DNA from: Camelus ferus
Taxonomy: Eukaryota
Assembly: GCF_009834535.1 (NCBI RefSeq)
Contig: NC_045696.1
Coordinates: 115,570,001 to 115,634,000, forward strand
Direction: 5' to 3'
DNA: 64,000 bases
Positions 27,670 through 39,686 of the stretch are shown here, piece after piece. The position numbers and the translations under genes are program-made. Position 1 is the first letter of the stretch. Every line of letters begins with the position of its first letter. Under the pieces are notes generated by a model. The model was not told the DNA's origin. It did no database searches and worked only from the letters and a program-made list of their open reading frames with translations.

Positions 27670-28269
27670 AGGTAAACTTTTAATGATTATATCGTGGGTA
27701 AAGATTTGTGAGGATGTAGTAAGCTCAAGAATTTTTATTTGTCTGCAGACTACTGAAAAAATATATAGAGAAAAGTAAAAAAAAAATGATTGAAAAGAAA
27801 AGATGTTGGACTATTTATCTAAAAATATGCTAATATAAATCAGTATCTTGAAAACAATGAGATGCAAAGGTTTAGAAAGTCAGTTCAAAAAAGGAAGACT
27901 CTAAATGGCTAATTAGCAAGTGAACAAAAATTCATTCCCCTTTGTAGACAGAGAAATGAAAATTACATGAAAAACACAGTAAGATCCTATTTATCACTTC
28001 TCAAATTGACACAGGTTAGAAACAGTAATAACAATCTAAGCTAGCAAGACCAAGATAGCAGTGGCCACTCCCAGGAGTGTGAATGGCTACAGGTGACCTG
28101 GAGCACAATTTTGCATATTTGTCAGGAGCTTTCCAAAGAGTTTGTGCACTTTGGTGTAGAAATTTCATGCCTAGGAATCTTTGGTTAGGAAATACCGTAT
28201 ATATACACATCTCCTAGAAACAAAATACATCATATATTATAGGACTTATCCAGGTGAAGGTTTTCCTCC

Positions 28270-28317
<48 letters not shown>

Positions 28318-28640
28318 GCAGAATAACAACATTTTGGAAACATTGCATATATTCAGAAAAAAAGAATTATTAAAAAATATATGAAACATCTATATACTGG
28401 ATCATTGTGCAGCTATTAAAATCATGTTGTCAAAGAACATTTTTCACTTAGAACAGTATAATAAAGCATTCATTGCAGGAAAAAGCACACCAAATTTATC
28501 TGTGCATAAAAAGAAAACAAGAAGAAAAACAAGAAGAACCGTATTTTAAAATATTTTAATGTTTTTATACTTTCCTGAAATTTAAATGTTACAGGCAGAG
28601 CACATAATAATTTTATAATCAGAAAAACAAATACTCTTTT
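27670..28640 (+). mobile_element. Very old L1 3' fragments containing (TG)n at ~28272-28316
   Basis: Diverged L1 3' motifs (aatttcatgcctaggaatc, gcagctattaaaa). Confidence 0.6.
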
Positions 28641-28950
28641 TAGAATAAGTGCAAATTTGTCTGGAATCATCTAAAGGAATTTGAAAACTCAAATTTTGAA
28701 ACAGTTCCCTGAATGCTACATTATATTTTCTATCACCAGCTTCACCGTCGACAGTGAATCAACAACATGAAAGAAAAAACAGCAACAAAGACTTTATCAT
28801 ATTGTAGTGTGATTTGAAAAAATAGGTTAATCAACTTATATATAAATCCTTTAACAGAACAATATTCTGGCTTTAGTGATTTAGACATCCCCCTCAGAGA
28901 TCCAGTGTCACATTTGGGGATTATTTTCCAAATAGAAGCTTCAAGTTTTG

Positions 28951-29199
28951 TCAGTCTGAATTTAAAATGTCATCTTCGTTAGCATCACCTAAAAACATGT
29001 CATTTATCCCTGCCAAGGTTGGTAATGAGATGCTAAATACTGATTGAGAAATATGATTGATGTCTTTTGTGTTGTTTTCATTCAAAACTGGTTCAAGACA
29101 GCTAGGAGTATATACAAACCTCTTTTCATATTTTAACAATTAATTTTTTCTTTCTTTGTCTCTTACAAGAGTAAGACCCTTTCTGAGTAGAGCATTAGG
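28951..29199 (-). pseudogene. Pseudo-exon E17 (PNALLRKGLTLVRDKERKN*LLKYEKRFVYTPSCLEPVL...DILNSD*); 3' boundary uncertain
   Basis: tttggtttccatgtag| acceptor; 83 codons with one internal stop; includes supplied ORF 28951-29139. Confidence 0.7.
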
Positions 29200-29329
29200 C
29201 TACATGGAAACCAAACAGGGGAGGCCTTGACAAATTCCAAGAGGCACACTCTTTCATTGTTTAAAACATGCTTCTGATTTATTTGCACTGCAATAACTAA
29301 ACCCCTTCTTTACCCATAACCTTAATTAC

Positions 29330-29571
29330 CACAATCATTCATTCTATAATGGCTCTTATTTCCTTGACTTCATCTCTCCTTCCAGACTCCAATTTATAAT
29401 GTCCCCTCTGTAAGGATTCATTATCTGGCATTCTACACCCGGGCAGAGGAAATTTCTCTCTTCAAGCTCCACTCTGCGTGCATTTATAAGTCTCTGGGCG
29501 CTCCTCCCTGGAATACATCATAGCCGCCCTGTCGTTCCGAGGTGGCTAGCATCCATAGGAAGAACCATTTT
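29330..29571 (-). pseudogene. Pseudo-exon E16 (...GHYKLESGRRDEVKEIRAIIE*MIV; frame of 5' half ambiguous)
   Basis: tttaactcttcttcatag| acceptor, GTG|GTAATT donor; ends phase 0 into E17 across a 130-nt intron. Confidence 0.65.
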
Positions 29572-29647
29572 CTATGAAGAAGAGTTAAACGGAAGATATT
29601 CTTTTTTATGATGAGATGTAGATTTCTCATTAAAAATAGAATCTTTG

Positions 29648-29790
29648 CGGGGAGGGTGTAACTCAGTGGTAGAGCACGTGCTTAGCATGCAAGAGGTCCT
29701 GGGTTCAATCCCCAGTATCTCCATCAAAAAATAAATAAGTAAATAAATAAACCTAATTGCTGACCTCCAATAACCACTAATAAAAAAGAA
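29648..29790 (+). mobile_element. tRNA-derived SINE (Vic-1-like, camelid)
   Basis: ggggagggtgtaactcagtggtagagc (A box)...gggttcaatcccc (B box), (TAAA)n tail with aaacctaatt. Confidence 0.9.
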
Positions 29791-30229
29791 TTCTTCATTT
29801 CAAATACTTTAATTTTTGAAATAGTCACTATTATTTATAGTCACTCCTAACTATTAGACTTTGGGTGTTTCAAATCTAATATGCATGTTTCCTGAACCAT
29901 AAATTTCATTACTACCTGGATATTTTTGTATGAATTTTTTTTTAACTTGCCGCTCATACTTTAAATTAACCTGGGAGCCATCTGGACTTACGCCTTACTA
30001 AGGCTAGGAGGAATTTTGTAGGATGAACCAGCCAAGTGTCACCCAAACTATCCTCTCTTTTTGCTCTAAAAGTCCTGATGCAGGTCCTAACTTTCCAGTA
30101 GCTTATTGCAGCCTCCCAGTATGTAATCCTCCTGCCCACAGCAATAACTCTTCCTTTACAAAAATATACATCTGATCATATCGTACCTATAAGAAAAAAA
30201 TCCTCTAATGGCTCCTTGAATTATTTAGG

Positions 30230-30640
30230 GTACAATTTCTGCAGTGACAAAATGGACAATGCCAGTGGCATATCAAAAGAAAAGCTGATTTTTTCCACTG
30301 TCTGTCACTCCAGTGTTGGTGTCCTCGATTAGAGGGTGGGGCTAGGATTCATCCAGTCATTCAAGAACCTAGGGTGCTGGTAGCAGTGCCACTCTCTACA
30401 CGTCGTTTCCAAGGGTGCCCTGCAAGCCATTAGCCAAACAAGAGATAAGAGGCACGGAAAAGATTAATGATTGCTTTATATCACCGTGACCTGGGAGCGA
30501 CACATTCAGTTAGTGAGCACTAGCCACCACCAGATTCATCAGAGACTGGACTGGTAGTCCTGGGCTGGGAAGCCACTTCTCAGCCGTCATTCTGCATCAC
30601 AGGAGGGGATCCCAGATCTGGTGGTCAATATGGTTTCTTG
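30230..30640 (-). mobile_element. Old MLT1-type LTR inside L2 remnants
   Basis: cagtcattcaagaacctagg...gagactggactggtagtcctgggctgggaagccacttc. Confidence 0.55.
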
Positions 30641-30984
30641 GACATCAGTTCCATCACCAGGCTTCTCAGTAGGAAACTCAAGGTGAAGATCTGATTTAGC
30701 CCTTTGCTAACGTGCCAGCCTCTTTCCCCATGGTTCCCCTGTGCAGATACACAGCTCGGTGCCCCCGTGTGTGCTGTTCCAGGGTCTCACCATTAAGCCT
30801 ACAATCTCGGCATGAGCTGTTTCCTTTCTTGGATTCCTCTTTCTCTTACTGAGGGTTTTCTGAATTCCAAAAGTATAATTGCGAAGTTCTCAAACTTATT
30901 TTTGTGTGGCAATGAATACGTAAAACAGATTTGAGACGTGTCTCCTAGTCCGTAGTGAACTCTTAGAAATCAAGCATCACTGAA

Positions 30985-31540
30985 TGTTCCTGAAGAGGTT
31001 TAGAATATGCCACCTGCAAATCTGCTGCTTTGGCATGTTGATTATTTTGAGCCGAAGGCTCTTGAGAAACAGCAAATGCAGAAGGTCAGAGAGACGTTCC
31101 CTTTCCCACCTAAAAGCAGGTCATAAACTCTCCCATGAGAAAAGTGACCTCCTTGTATGAGAAAGCCATTTTATCACCTGACTGGGAGTCAATGCTGAAA
31201 TAGATCTGTACAAACAAACCTACTCAAATAGCCCTTATCTTCCACTAGTTTCCAGCATGTATTTCCTAGTCCCCGTTCTACAATTTATGACCCCTGGCCC
31301 AAGCCAAATTATCTTGTCACAGCTCCACAATTTATCATTCTTTGCTTTAAAATATATGAGCTTTGGGGCCTTATAGCTTCTTCTGGTCTTTATTTTCCTT
31401 TTGAAGGCTCTCATGTACATGTAAAAAATATTAAATACAATCTGTATGCTTTTTCCTTGTTAATCTGTCTTATGTCAGTTTAATTTTTAGACTCAGCCAT
31501 AGAATGTAGGAGGATAGAAGGAAGTTTTTTCTCTTCTATG
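30985..31540 (+). mobile_element. MER34-like ERV1 LTR
   Basis: gaatatgccacc...ctttggcatgttgattattttgag...cttttccttgttaatctgtct. Confidence 0.8.
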
Positions 31541-31635
31541 TTAAGTTCCTTTAAGGAAGAGAAATGCCTGCTTGGCTAAAAGTGTATCCCAGGTTTCTAA
31601 CACATATCTAGGGACCTAATAGATGTTCAAAACTT

Positions 31636-32245
31636 TTCTGCATCTATTGAGATGATTATGTGGTTTTTGACCTTTCTTTTGTGGCTGTGGTGTATCACAT
31701 TGATTGATTTGCATATATTGAACCATCCTTGTGTCCCTGGGATGAATCCAACTTGATGATGGTGTATGATTTTTTTTATGTACTATCGTTGTGGTATATT
31801 TATACAATGGAATACTACTCTGCCATAAAAAAGAATAAAATAATGTCATTTGCAGCAACGTGGATGGACACAGTGATTGTCATTCTAAGTGAAATAAGCC
31901 AGAAAAAGAAAGGAAAATACCATATGATATTACTCATATGTGGAATCTTAAAAAAAAAAAAAAAAGACACTATGAACTCATCTACAAAACAGGGACAGAG
32001 TTGCAGACATAGTAAATAATCTTATGGTTATTGGGGAAAGGAGGTGGGAGGGGATAAATTTTGGAGTTTGAGATTTACAAATGTTAGCCACTATAGATAT
32101 ATAAATACATTTTAAAAAGAAGTTTCTTTCGTATAGCACAGGGAGCTATGTTCAAATATATATGTATGAATATGCATGACCGGGACACTGTGCTGTTGAC
32201 CAGAAACTGATACATTGTAACTGACACATTTTTTAAAAATGAAAA
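31636..32245 (+). mobile_element. 5'-inverted L1 inserted in an L2 tail
   Basis: Antisense ORF2 piece ~31636-31787 joined to a sense 3' end; TSD AAAACTT. Confidence 0.88.
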
Positions 32246-32830
32246 AAAACTTGTTGAATAAATGAATACACACACCTTTGCATGATTAGTATCTATCATT
32301 GTTGACAACAGACTTTACAGACATGCAAAAAAGAAAGTGGAAAGTAGGATGGAAAGGAAAAGATGGAGGTGAGGGAAATTTACTGGGTTCTGCAGCCTCA
32401 CATCCCTTATTGCAAAGGTCATCTTTAATAATTTTAGGTTTGAAGTCATAATTAATACTATTATTTAAGTAAACTAAGTGAATAAGCAAATATGTTCACA
32501 TCCTAGTCAGAGACTTCTCCATGAACAGAGAAGGAAATGACTCTCCTTAATTCAGGTTATTAAAGAGACTTCTAATTTACATATAACCGTAACTAATGTT
32601 CAACTCCTAAATCTCAGTAAATATTATGGGGTGGGGGGGATAGATCAGGGAATGCTACGATTTAATGACACCAGGAAGATAACAACAAAGAAAAGTTGAA
32701 ACGTAGACATGTTCTGAATCTCAGACCAAAAATACTCAGAGGAAAGAGAAAACTTTTATAGCCACAGTTTAAAAAACATAGATACCATCTTGAATTCACT
32801 GGGAGAGCTAAGAGCTCACAGACAACTCAC

Positions 32831-33084
32831 AGTTGCAGAACTGTCTAGAAAGTTCTTGAATGCTAAAATAAAACTCCTTATAAAAATCTGTGAAGTTTTT
32901 TTTCAAATATTTGGAAAGATTCCATGAAATATCTCCAGCAGTGTTATTAGTATGAAAAATTTGGGGTTTTCTTTCTTGGCTCCTTGCTGGTTGTCCAGGG
33001 ATGTGTTCAGCCAATGAGCACTTAAGAAGTTCGGTGAATGACTTCATTACGTATAGAGGATAATGAGCTTAAGTGTAGGAGCAT
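32831..33084 (-). pseudogene. Pseudo-exon E15 (CSYT*AHYPLYVMKSFTELLKCSLAEHIPGQ...FYFSIQELSRQFCN)
   Basis: aatttctcttgtag| acceptor, ACT|GTGAGT donor; overlaps supplied ORF 32808-33047. Confidence 0.75.
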
Positions 33085-33559
33085 CTACAAGAGAAATTTC
33101 CTCATTTGCTCAAACCCCTTTCCCTGTAGAAAACTTGATGTCTTTGCTCTAATAATCATCCAGTGATTGGCGGTGCAAAGGGAAAGCATGCTTTCCTCTG
33201 GGGCCTTTATCCAATTTTTAAACACTGAAGATGGCAAAGGGAAATGCTCCTTCTTTTCTTGAGACAATCACTTAAATTTATATCCCTCATATCTAATGAA
33301 TGTATTCAAGATCCAAATCTAACTCTCTCCCATTGTAGTATTTCCTCTTTTTATCGAATGCCCTCTAAGATTAGGGCCCTTTTAAATCCTAGAAATTCAA
33401 CCTCTTTTATTAACCCTATCATCTAGATTCCACTGTTGTTTTCATTTATTGAAGCCATTCATGAAGTGTATATTCAAAATGGAAATTAAAAATACCACTG
33501 ATGTAGAATTAACTCAATGATCTCCACAAAATAATGGCGAATTCGAGGTCTTGAAGCAG

Positions 33560-33960
33560 CACAGGGTGGATGCAATTGAATTCTCTGAGAAGTTGACTTT
33601 GCGGTGGAGTTCAGCATGCAGATTTACCAGGAAGTGGGCTGTGCGTCTCCTCTATGGAAAGGAAAGCAGAAAAGCAGGGTTGGACAACGTGAGGAGTGGA
33701 ACTGCAGTGTGATCTCGGCAGTACTGAGGTGCAAAGATGGAAGATGGAATTCTCCTTCAAATCCTTCCCCACTTCGGGGTTAGATGGCGGGAACTTTCCA
33801 CCTTTGAAGAGTCACTGACTGCAGGCTGTCCCGGGAAGTGGATGTGACTGAGTGAGGCAGACGTGTACCCAAGGCAGCATCTGGAGGGGGCTGAAAACTG
33901 GGGCTCCAGCAACTGGAAGAGCCCATCATTCCTGAAGGATGCTTTGGGCAGCACCTACAG
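33560..33960 (-). mobile_element. ERVL-type LTR (LTR16/LTR33-like)
   Basis: agttgactttgcggtggagttcagcatgcag...gtgactgagtgaggcag...ttcctgaaggatg. Confidence 0.6.
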
Positions 33961-34009
33961 TAGGCTGCACCTACACGCGGGTAAAGGAGAGCAGAGAGCC
34001 TCAACACCA

Positions 34010-34560
34010 CAGACGGTAAGATGCGAAGAAGCGGTCGAAATTTGGGTTAAGAGCAGTCATTCAGAGTCGTTGACCTCAGGCCATCACAAGGAAGACGCAA
34101 CCGCTGACCGGGAAACTTCGGCAACGATTAGACGCGGCACGTTGCACAACTGCACGTCTGTGTCCTCATTTGCAACGTTGACCCATGAATACATTCCTCC
34201 CAGTGGTCTTGCAGACATTATGTTTAAGACCCTTCTCTTGGCCAAATGCGCCGTATTTCCTCACTGATCTCAAGCCCTGAGGGCAAAGAGGAGGCAATCC
34301 TCCCAACCAACAGCGCAGGGACTCTTTGCGGAAGACCCTCAGCCGGGTAGTCGCCATCGCGAGCCGATTTGTTTAAAACGCGTGGACGTGACTGCTCACT
34401 GGTTTCCAGGCAGCGCGTCCCGTGGGCGCACACCAGCCTCATCGCCGGCTGGGGCCCTGCCGAGGCCCGCGATCAGCGGGGCCGGGGAGGGCCTCTTCTC
34501 CAAACGGCAAAAGATCAGGAGGGCACTTCCTCTGCCAGACGGAAGACCTGCTCTTACTTC
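34010..34560. promoter_or_regulatory. Small CpG-island-like segment, candidate promoter
   Basis: About 20 or more CpGs within 34261-34560 in an otherwise CpG-depleted window; GCGGAAG (ETS-like) and ATGGCG (YY1-core-like, minus strand) motifs. Confidence 0.55.
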
Positions 34561-34758
34561 ACACACTTCATTATTTATCATCTCATCATCCTTCTTCTGA
34601 TTACTTTTTCACAAAAGCAGAATCACCCCTTACACACTTACCCTTGTGCAGATGTGGGGGGTGTTTGGCCAGCCGGTATCGTGTGTTTGACCAAATAAAA
34701 TCCCAGTGCACAAAAGTCGTGGCGTATTACACGACCCTATAATGAGCTTGACACTCAC

Positions 34759-34800
34759 ACCCAAAGACTATGATAAGTATGTTTTCTTAAAGAAATAAGA
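34759..34800 (-). pseudogene. Pseudo-exon E14 (LISLRKHTYHSLWV)
   Basis: cacctatttctctag| acceptor, GGT|GTGAGT donor, 42 nt phase 2-2, open in the E13/E15 frame. Confidence 0.6.
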
Positions 34801-35634
34801 CTAGAGAAATAGGTGCCAAACCAATGTTTATTTTAACGTACATGTGGAAAGTCACCTGCAGGGCAAAATGGCTATGAATGAACCCCCGATGGAATGTAAG
34901 TATTATATAATTAAAACTGTGCTGTGGATGACTTCAAGAACAATAAAAATTCACTTTATAATCTATATTCTATTAACAATAAGTGCCCAGTTACATTATT
35001 GAATTTTTACTAGTCCATTAAGCTGATGTTTTAAAATTATTTAGAAGAAAGTGTTAGTATGGGATATAATAAAATACCATGCTGTAGCTAGAACATGTTG
35101 GATTTTAATTACTATTCTTATAAAATATGAATTAACATGGTGGCAATTCACTTGAAATCTAATTAACTTGCTTTAGTTATCTTGCTCCCTGCCTACAATA
35201 CGCAAATAATCTTTACAAAGTTAACACATTAATAAGAATATGATTATGTATTTTTTTTCTGATTTAATTTCTATTTAATTGTATTACTAAACTTGGTTTG
35301 TCTCCCAACAAAGTATCAATTTTGTAAATAGTATCTGTAAATCGTCACTTGATTATGGGTCTTAATCCACAATCCAGTGCCTTATTAATTCTGTGTAAAT
35401 TATTAAATGTATCTGTGCTTAATGTCCAATGCCCCAATTTTCTGCCACTCTGCACCCATGCTGCTCTGGCCCTTTCACAGATTTCGTACTAAGTGAAATA
35501 AACACCAGGTGGAGTCACAGTTCCCATGACCTCAGCATCTGCCGGTGATAAACAGACCGACATGGAAAAGACAGAAGGAGACTGGCGGAAGAGAGAGAAG
35601 CCAGAGCAAGGACAAGGTTCCAAGGTTAACTTAC

Positions 35635-35680
35635 ATGTCATGGATCAAATAGTATATTACTTGCAAAACCTTGGCATTGT
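35635..35680 (-). pseudogene. Pseudo-exon E13 (TMP / frameshift / KVLQVIYYLIHDI)
   Basis: tttttttaatag| acceptor, CAT|GTAAGT donor; 79-nt intron to E12. Confidence 0.7.
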
Positions 35681-35759
35681 CTATTAAAAAAATACTAATG
35701 ATTTGCTGAGTTGCATTCATTTTTTTAATATGCATGCACAACATTTCGAATCGTCTTAC

Positions 35760-35798
35760 TCATTCAGGGAAGTATTGGGTACCAGAGAAGTGGGAAAT
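35760..35798 (-). pseudogene. Pseudo-exon E12 (ISHFSGTQYFPE*, TGA probably from TGG)
   Basis: ctaac...ctag| acceptor, TGA|GTAAGA donor; restoring TGG gives both Trp and the consensus -1 G. Confidence 0.6.
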
Positions 35799-36689
35799 CT
35801 AGTGCACTTTTGTTAGCTAAACAGAGGTGCATTCCAGTTCCCTATACTTTCATCACCTGGTTCCTAAGGGAACTGGCTGACAAACTCAGGGGCTTGTTAT
35901 TTTCCTTGTGGGAGATCACACATCATAGGATTGACCAATATCGCTCGCATATCCAATTGTGAGCGAATTCCGGAAGATTGCAAAAACTTCTCAAGCCCCG
36001 TGATCAATATTTCCCCATCCACTTACATGTAGAGATAAGGGAGATGAGGGAAGGAGGGCAGAAGGAAACTTTACAGGTGAATTGATCTGCACGTTTGCCC
36101 TTTATCCTGAGAGGCTTCCGATTCCACCTTGTGTGTGTCAACTCCTGGCATTTTATGATTTCTAGCATCCGCCCAAAGGAGCCATGCTAGTGCTTCATGC
36201 CAAACTTCAAAAGTCGTCAATTTATATTCCATTCTATACCATTATTTACAGAGACAGTTGGAAATAGTTCAAGGTGTGGAGATATGATCTTTTTAACAGA
36301 TTTGCACTTAACTAAGAAGGAAAAGAAAACAGACTGCAGGTGTAGGTTTCTGGCCATTCAAAGCCATCTAGTCTTGAATATATTTGGCAGCTATTAGGGG
36401 GAAATGGCAGATTTAGTACTTTTTTGGGAATCTCAGACATTTTTAAGGTTAACATCAGACTTCTGAATGAGAGTAGTCATGTTAAAATCCAATAGCACTA
36501 CCTTTTCTAATTGAATGTGGTTGTGATATGGGATAGATAGATGGAATATTCATAATCAGAAATCCTTCCTCCTTTCCCGCAGTAAGTAGAAAAGTTTATG
36601 GACCAAAGCTGGGGGAAAGTAGGTGGAGATGCTGGTAATTTTTATATTACACAGAACCTTAGTCTATTCTTCAGATTCTCATCAATACA

Positions 36690-36875
36690 TCACTGCTAAC
36701 TCATTTGAGCTCAGCAAAACCTTTCAATGAAATAGACATTCTAAGCCCCATTTTGCAGATGAAGAAACCAAAGCTTGATGGGATAAAGTGATTTTCCCAA
36801 GATTCCCTGGCTAGTAAAGGATGCTCCTCAGATTTGAACTCAGAACTTTGAACTTCAGTAAGTGTTCTTTCCAGT
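36690..36875 (-). mobile_element. MIR
   Basis: ccccattttgcagatgaagaaacc...gatttgaactcag. Confidence 0.8.
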
Positions 36876-37528
36876 CTCCCTCAGAAATGGGTCTTGCATA
36901 CAAATTTAGAGAAACCACAGCAAAAGCAGACATCATCATTCTTTTCTCCTTCAGAGATCACTTCTGCTGGGAGGCTGTCTCTTTAGAATCATTGTGAGTG
37001 TTCTAAACCTCAGTCTTAATGCCTTTGAGACATTAAGGCCAACAATATAAAAAAAGAAAATTTGGTCTACGGCACAAATCTGAGCCCTTCCAAAATCAAA
37101 GGGGTTTCTGTGGTTCCTTGTTCAGAACCTAATGCTCACAGGCCTGGGTGACTCTGGGGTCTGAAATCCGGAAAGTGGCACTGCCACCCAGAACATAAGG
37201 ATCAAGGCCAATGGTGACACAGGATCAAGTTACATGACAGAGAAGTTTTAGCTTCAGCTTCTTACCTTCTGACTAAGAAATTCTGGGATTTGGGGGCTAT
37301 GAAATAGGTCCACAAAAGCATAAGAGCTTCAACAAAAGTGATAAAAATATTTACCATGAACTATGTTGTAGGCAGTATGCAAAAGCATTGACATCCACTA
37401 TCCAAATAATGCTACAACATAGGTTCTTCTAGGATCCATTTATGGATTAATCCAGATAACAATTAAAAAATTAAGACTAGAAGCACTTTGGTAGAATTCA
37501 AAGAAGACTACATCTTAAATGCCATCCC

Positions 37529-37985
37529 TGCACCACCTCCCTTCCCCCATAGTTGCTATCATTACACCACTCTTGAGAAACGACCACATTTTCCTCTTAT
37601 TCTTATTTCAGAAAAGCATTTTAGTGACCCTTGACCAAATTTGTTGCAGCAAAGCAGGATATGAAGGTCCTACAGAAGCAGAAGTAACAAGCAGCAGAAT
37701 GTTTCACTCCAGAAGTGAGACTTGTTACTTCTGCTGTGAGCCTGTTGACCAGCAAGGGTCATCTGGACCCCTCTAACTGGGAAGGGGCTGAGAAACATAG
37801 TGGGGCACACAGCAAATACCATGCAATGAGTTTACCGAAACCTTCATGTCCTGCTTTGCTGTAATGAATTCGGTCAAGCTTAGGGTCACCAAAACACTTG
37901 ATTGAAATAAGAATGAGAAGAAAGCGTGGACATTTTCTCAAGAGTGGTGTAACAAAAATGACTACGGGAGAAGGGAGGTGGTGCA
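37529..37985. repeat. Inverted repeat, arms 37529-37668 and 37840-37985
   Basis: Arms align at roughly 80% by eye; the supplied ORFs on opposite strands give near-identical peptides (HHLPSP...TPLLR...SKAG.EG). Confidence 0.93.
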
Positions 37986-37987
37986 CT

Positions 37988-38301
37988 GACTATGGCTACC
38001 AAAGGGGAAAGGGCAGGGGAGGTGGGATAGATTAGGAGTCTGGGATTAACAGAGACACACTACTGTATATAAAATAGATAAACAATAAAGACCCACTGTG
38101 TAGCACAGGGAACTATATTCAATAAACAACAAGGACCTACTGTGTAGCACAGGGAACTATATTCAATTTCTGGTAATGACATATAACAGAAAAGAATCTG
38201 AAAACTATATATATATATGCATATGTATAATTGAATTGCTTTTCTGTACACCTGAAAGTAACATTGTAAATCAACTTAAATCAAAATAAAATTTAAAAAA
38301 A
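37988..38301 (+). mobile_element. L1 3' end with a ~44-bp internal tandem duplication
   Basis: actgtgtagcacagggaactatattcaat occurs twice (~38095-38167); polyA end. Confidence 0.92.
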
Positions 38302-38515
38302 TAGAGCCAGGGGCATGAGTTCCAGATGGTGCAGCTATAAATTGGCAGACCCTCCAACAGCCTGGGTTCCTGTGGGACAAGTTGCAGAAGTGCCCCTGCC
38401 CATCTGCATTGGAAGTGGAGCCTGAGTGAGATGTCAGCTCTGCTTGTGTTCAGATACTGAAATTCTGGGGTTAATTTCTTACAGTCTCATAGTCTAGCCT
38501 ATCCTGAAAAATACA
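38302..38515 (+). mobile_element. MLT1-type LTR 3' half
   Basis: cagcctgggttcctg...catagtctagcctatcctgaaaaataca. Confidence 0.75.
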
Positions 38516-39018
38516 AAGGTGATTGCTAGTTGTGAGATGTGGAGTTGATTTGGGGGTTCCAAATGTATTAATCCCCACAGTGACTTTCCAGCCTTTGCAA
38601 AAGCCCTAGTGTTGTGCACCAGGTATAAATGTTTCATAAATTTCCTAATGGAAAACCCACAGGTCTTCCCCAGAAGCAATGTGTTCTCTTCTAAACAGTT
38701 ATTTCTTAAAGAATGTATCCCAGTGACCTCAATGGTGAATCTTACCAGAGTCAAGTCTATTGTCAGAGGATTCAAAAGGAAAACATCATAAAGCAAATAT
38801 TTCCAGTGCTTTGGGAATTATTTTTTATTTTTATTAAAATATGCTTGCCTCCAGCATTCCTTTTAAGCCCAGGCTCATTTCTTTTAAATCCCAGGCCTGT
38901 GGGCCAATACTTATTTGCATGCTAATTACCAGCTAAAGGCGTTTTCTGCTCATCTAAGGTCTTTAACCAATTAATGAACCAAGGAAAGATGATCTTTCCT
39001 TGGAGGAGAATTGCTTAC

Positions 39019-39088
39019 TTTCATCATCATTACCACTGAATTGCATTCATTGTACCCATTTCCTCACACTTCGGGCTCTTTCCTGAAT
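39019..39088 (-). pseudogene. Pseudo-exon E11 (FRKEPEV*GNGYNECNSVVMMMK)
   Basis: aattttccacttacag| acceptor, AAA|GTAAGC donor. Confidence 0.7.
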
Positions 39089-39628
39089 CTGTAAGTGGAA
39101 AATTAAGTAGCCGTGGTTGGACGCTACTGAGTATCTCATTGCGTGTCATCTATACTTTGGAAACATGCCAAACACTGCAGATATGTAACTGACACTGAAT
39201 GGGGAAAAGCAGAGTCTAAAACTGGTCTTCTTGCCATGCCAGGAGCTTTTTAGCAGTAACCCAGTTTTGCCAAAGCTCTTAGAGCTTTAGATGAGGCTTA
39301 TAAAACCCCTTGATCATAGAAGTGTTAATGGTGTATTTAAAGACACTACAGACAAACAAGGTGGCAATCCAGGGAGAGTGAAAATTAAGTAAGACAATGC
39401 CAAACACTAATTGGCTAACAAAGAGTAAAAACTGAGACGTGGCTCATGATACTTGGGCAGAGGACCTAAATATTTGGTTTCCACAGTTCATAGGAGGATT
39501 CCACAGGAAAGTTTTTTGAAGCCTATGGCAGCTCATAACAGCTGTTCCAGCAACTTAGAATGTAGGTAAATAAACACAAATTCCTTCAAGCTTGGCGTTA
39601 CCTAATTTCAATGAGCAAGCATGCTTAC

Positions 39629-39686
39629 CTGTCCTGTTCTATCTCCTGGGATGTTGATCTTTGTAACCATGGGCCCAGTTCTAGTC
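39629..39686 (-). pseudogene. Pseudo-exon E10 (LELGPWLQRSTSQEIEQDR)
   Basis: tatgtttttctag| acceptor, CAG|GTAAGC donor, open frame. Confidence 0.75.

Noticed and set aside
29648..29725. tRNA-Ala-like gene
   Set aside because: The ggggagggt head, (TAAA)n tail and a second copy at ~27.6 kb indicate a tRNA-derived SINE.
33863..34742. Several 100-134 aa ORFs
   Set aside because: Expected from high GC in the LTR/CpG patch; no recognisable protein.
34842..34855. 14-nt micro-exon (gccctgcag|GTGACTTTCCACAT|gtacgt)
   Set aside because: Only 41 nt from E14, so both cannot be used; E14 gives a stop-free, more helix-like reading. Kept as a fallback.
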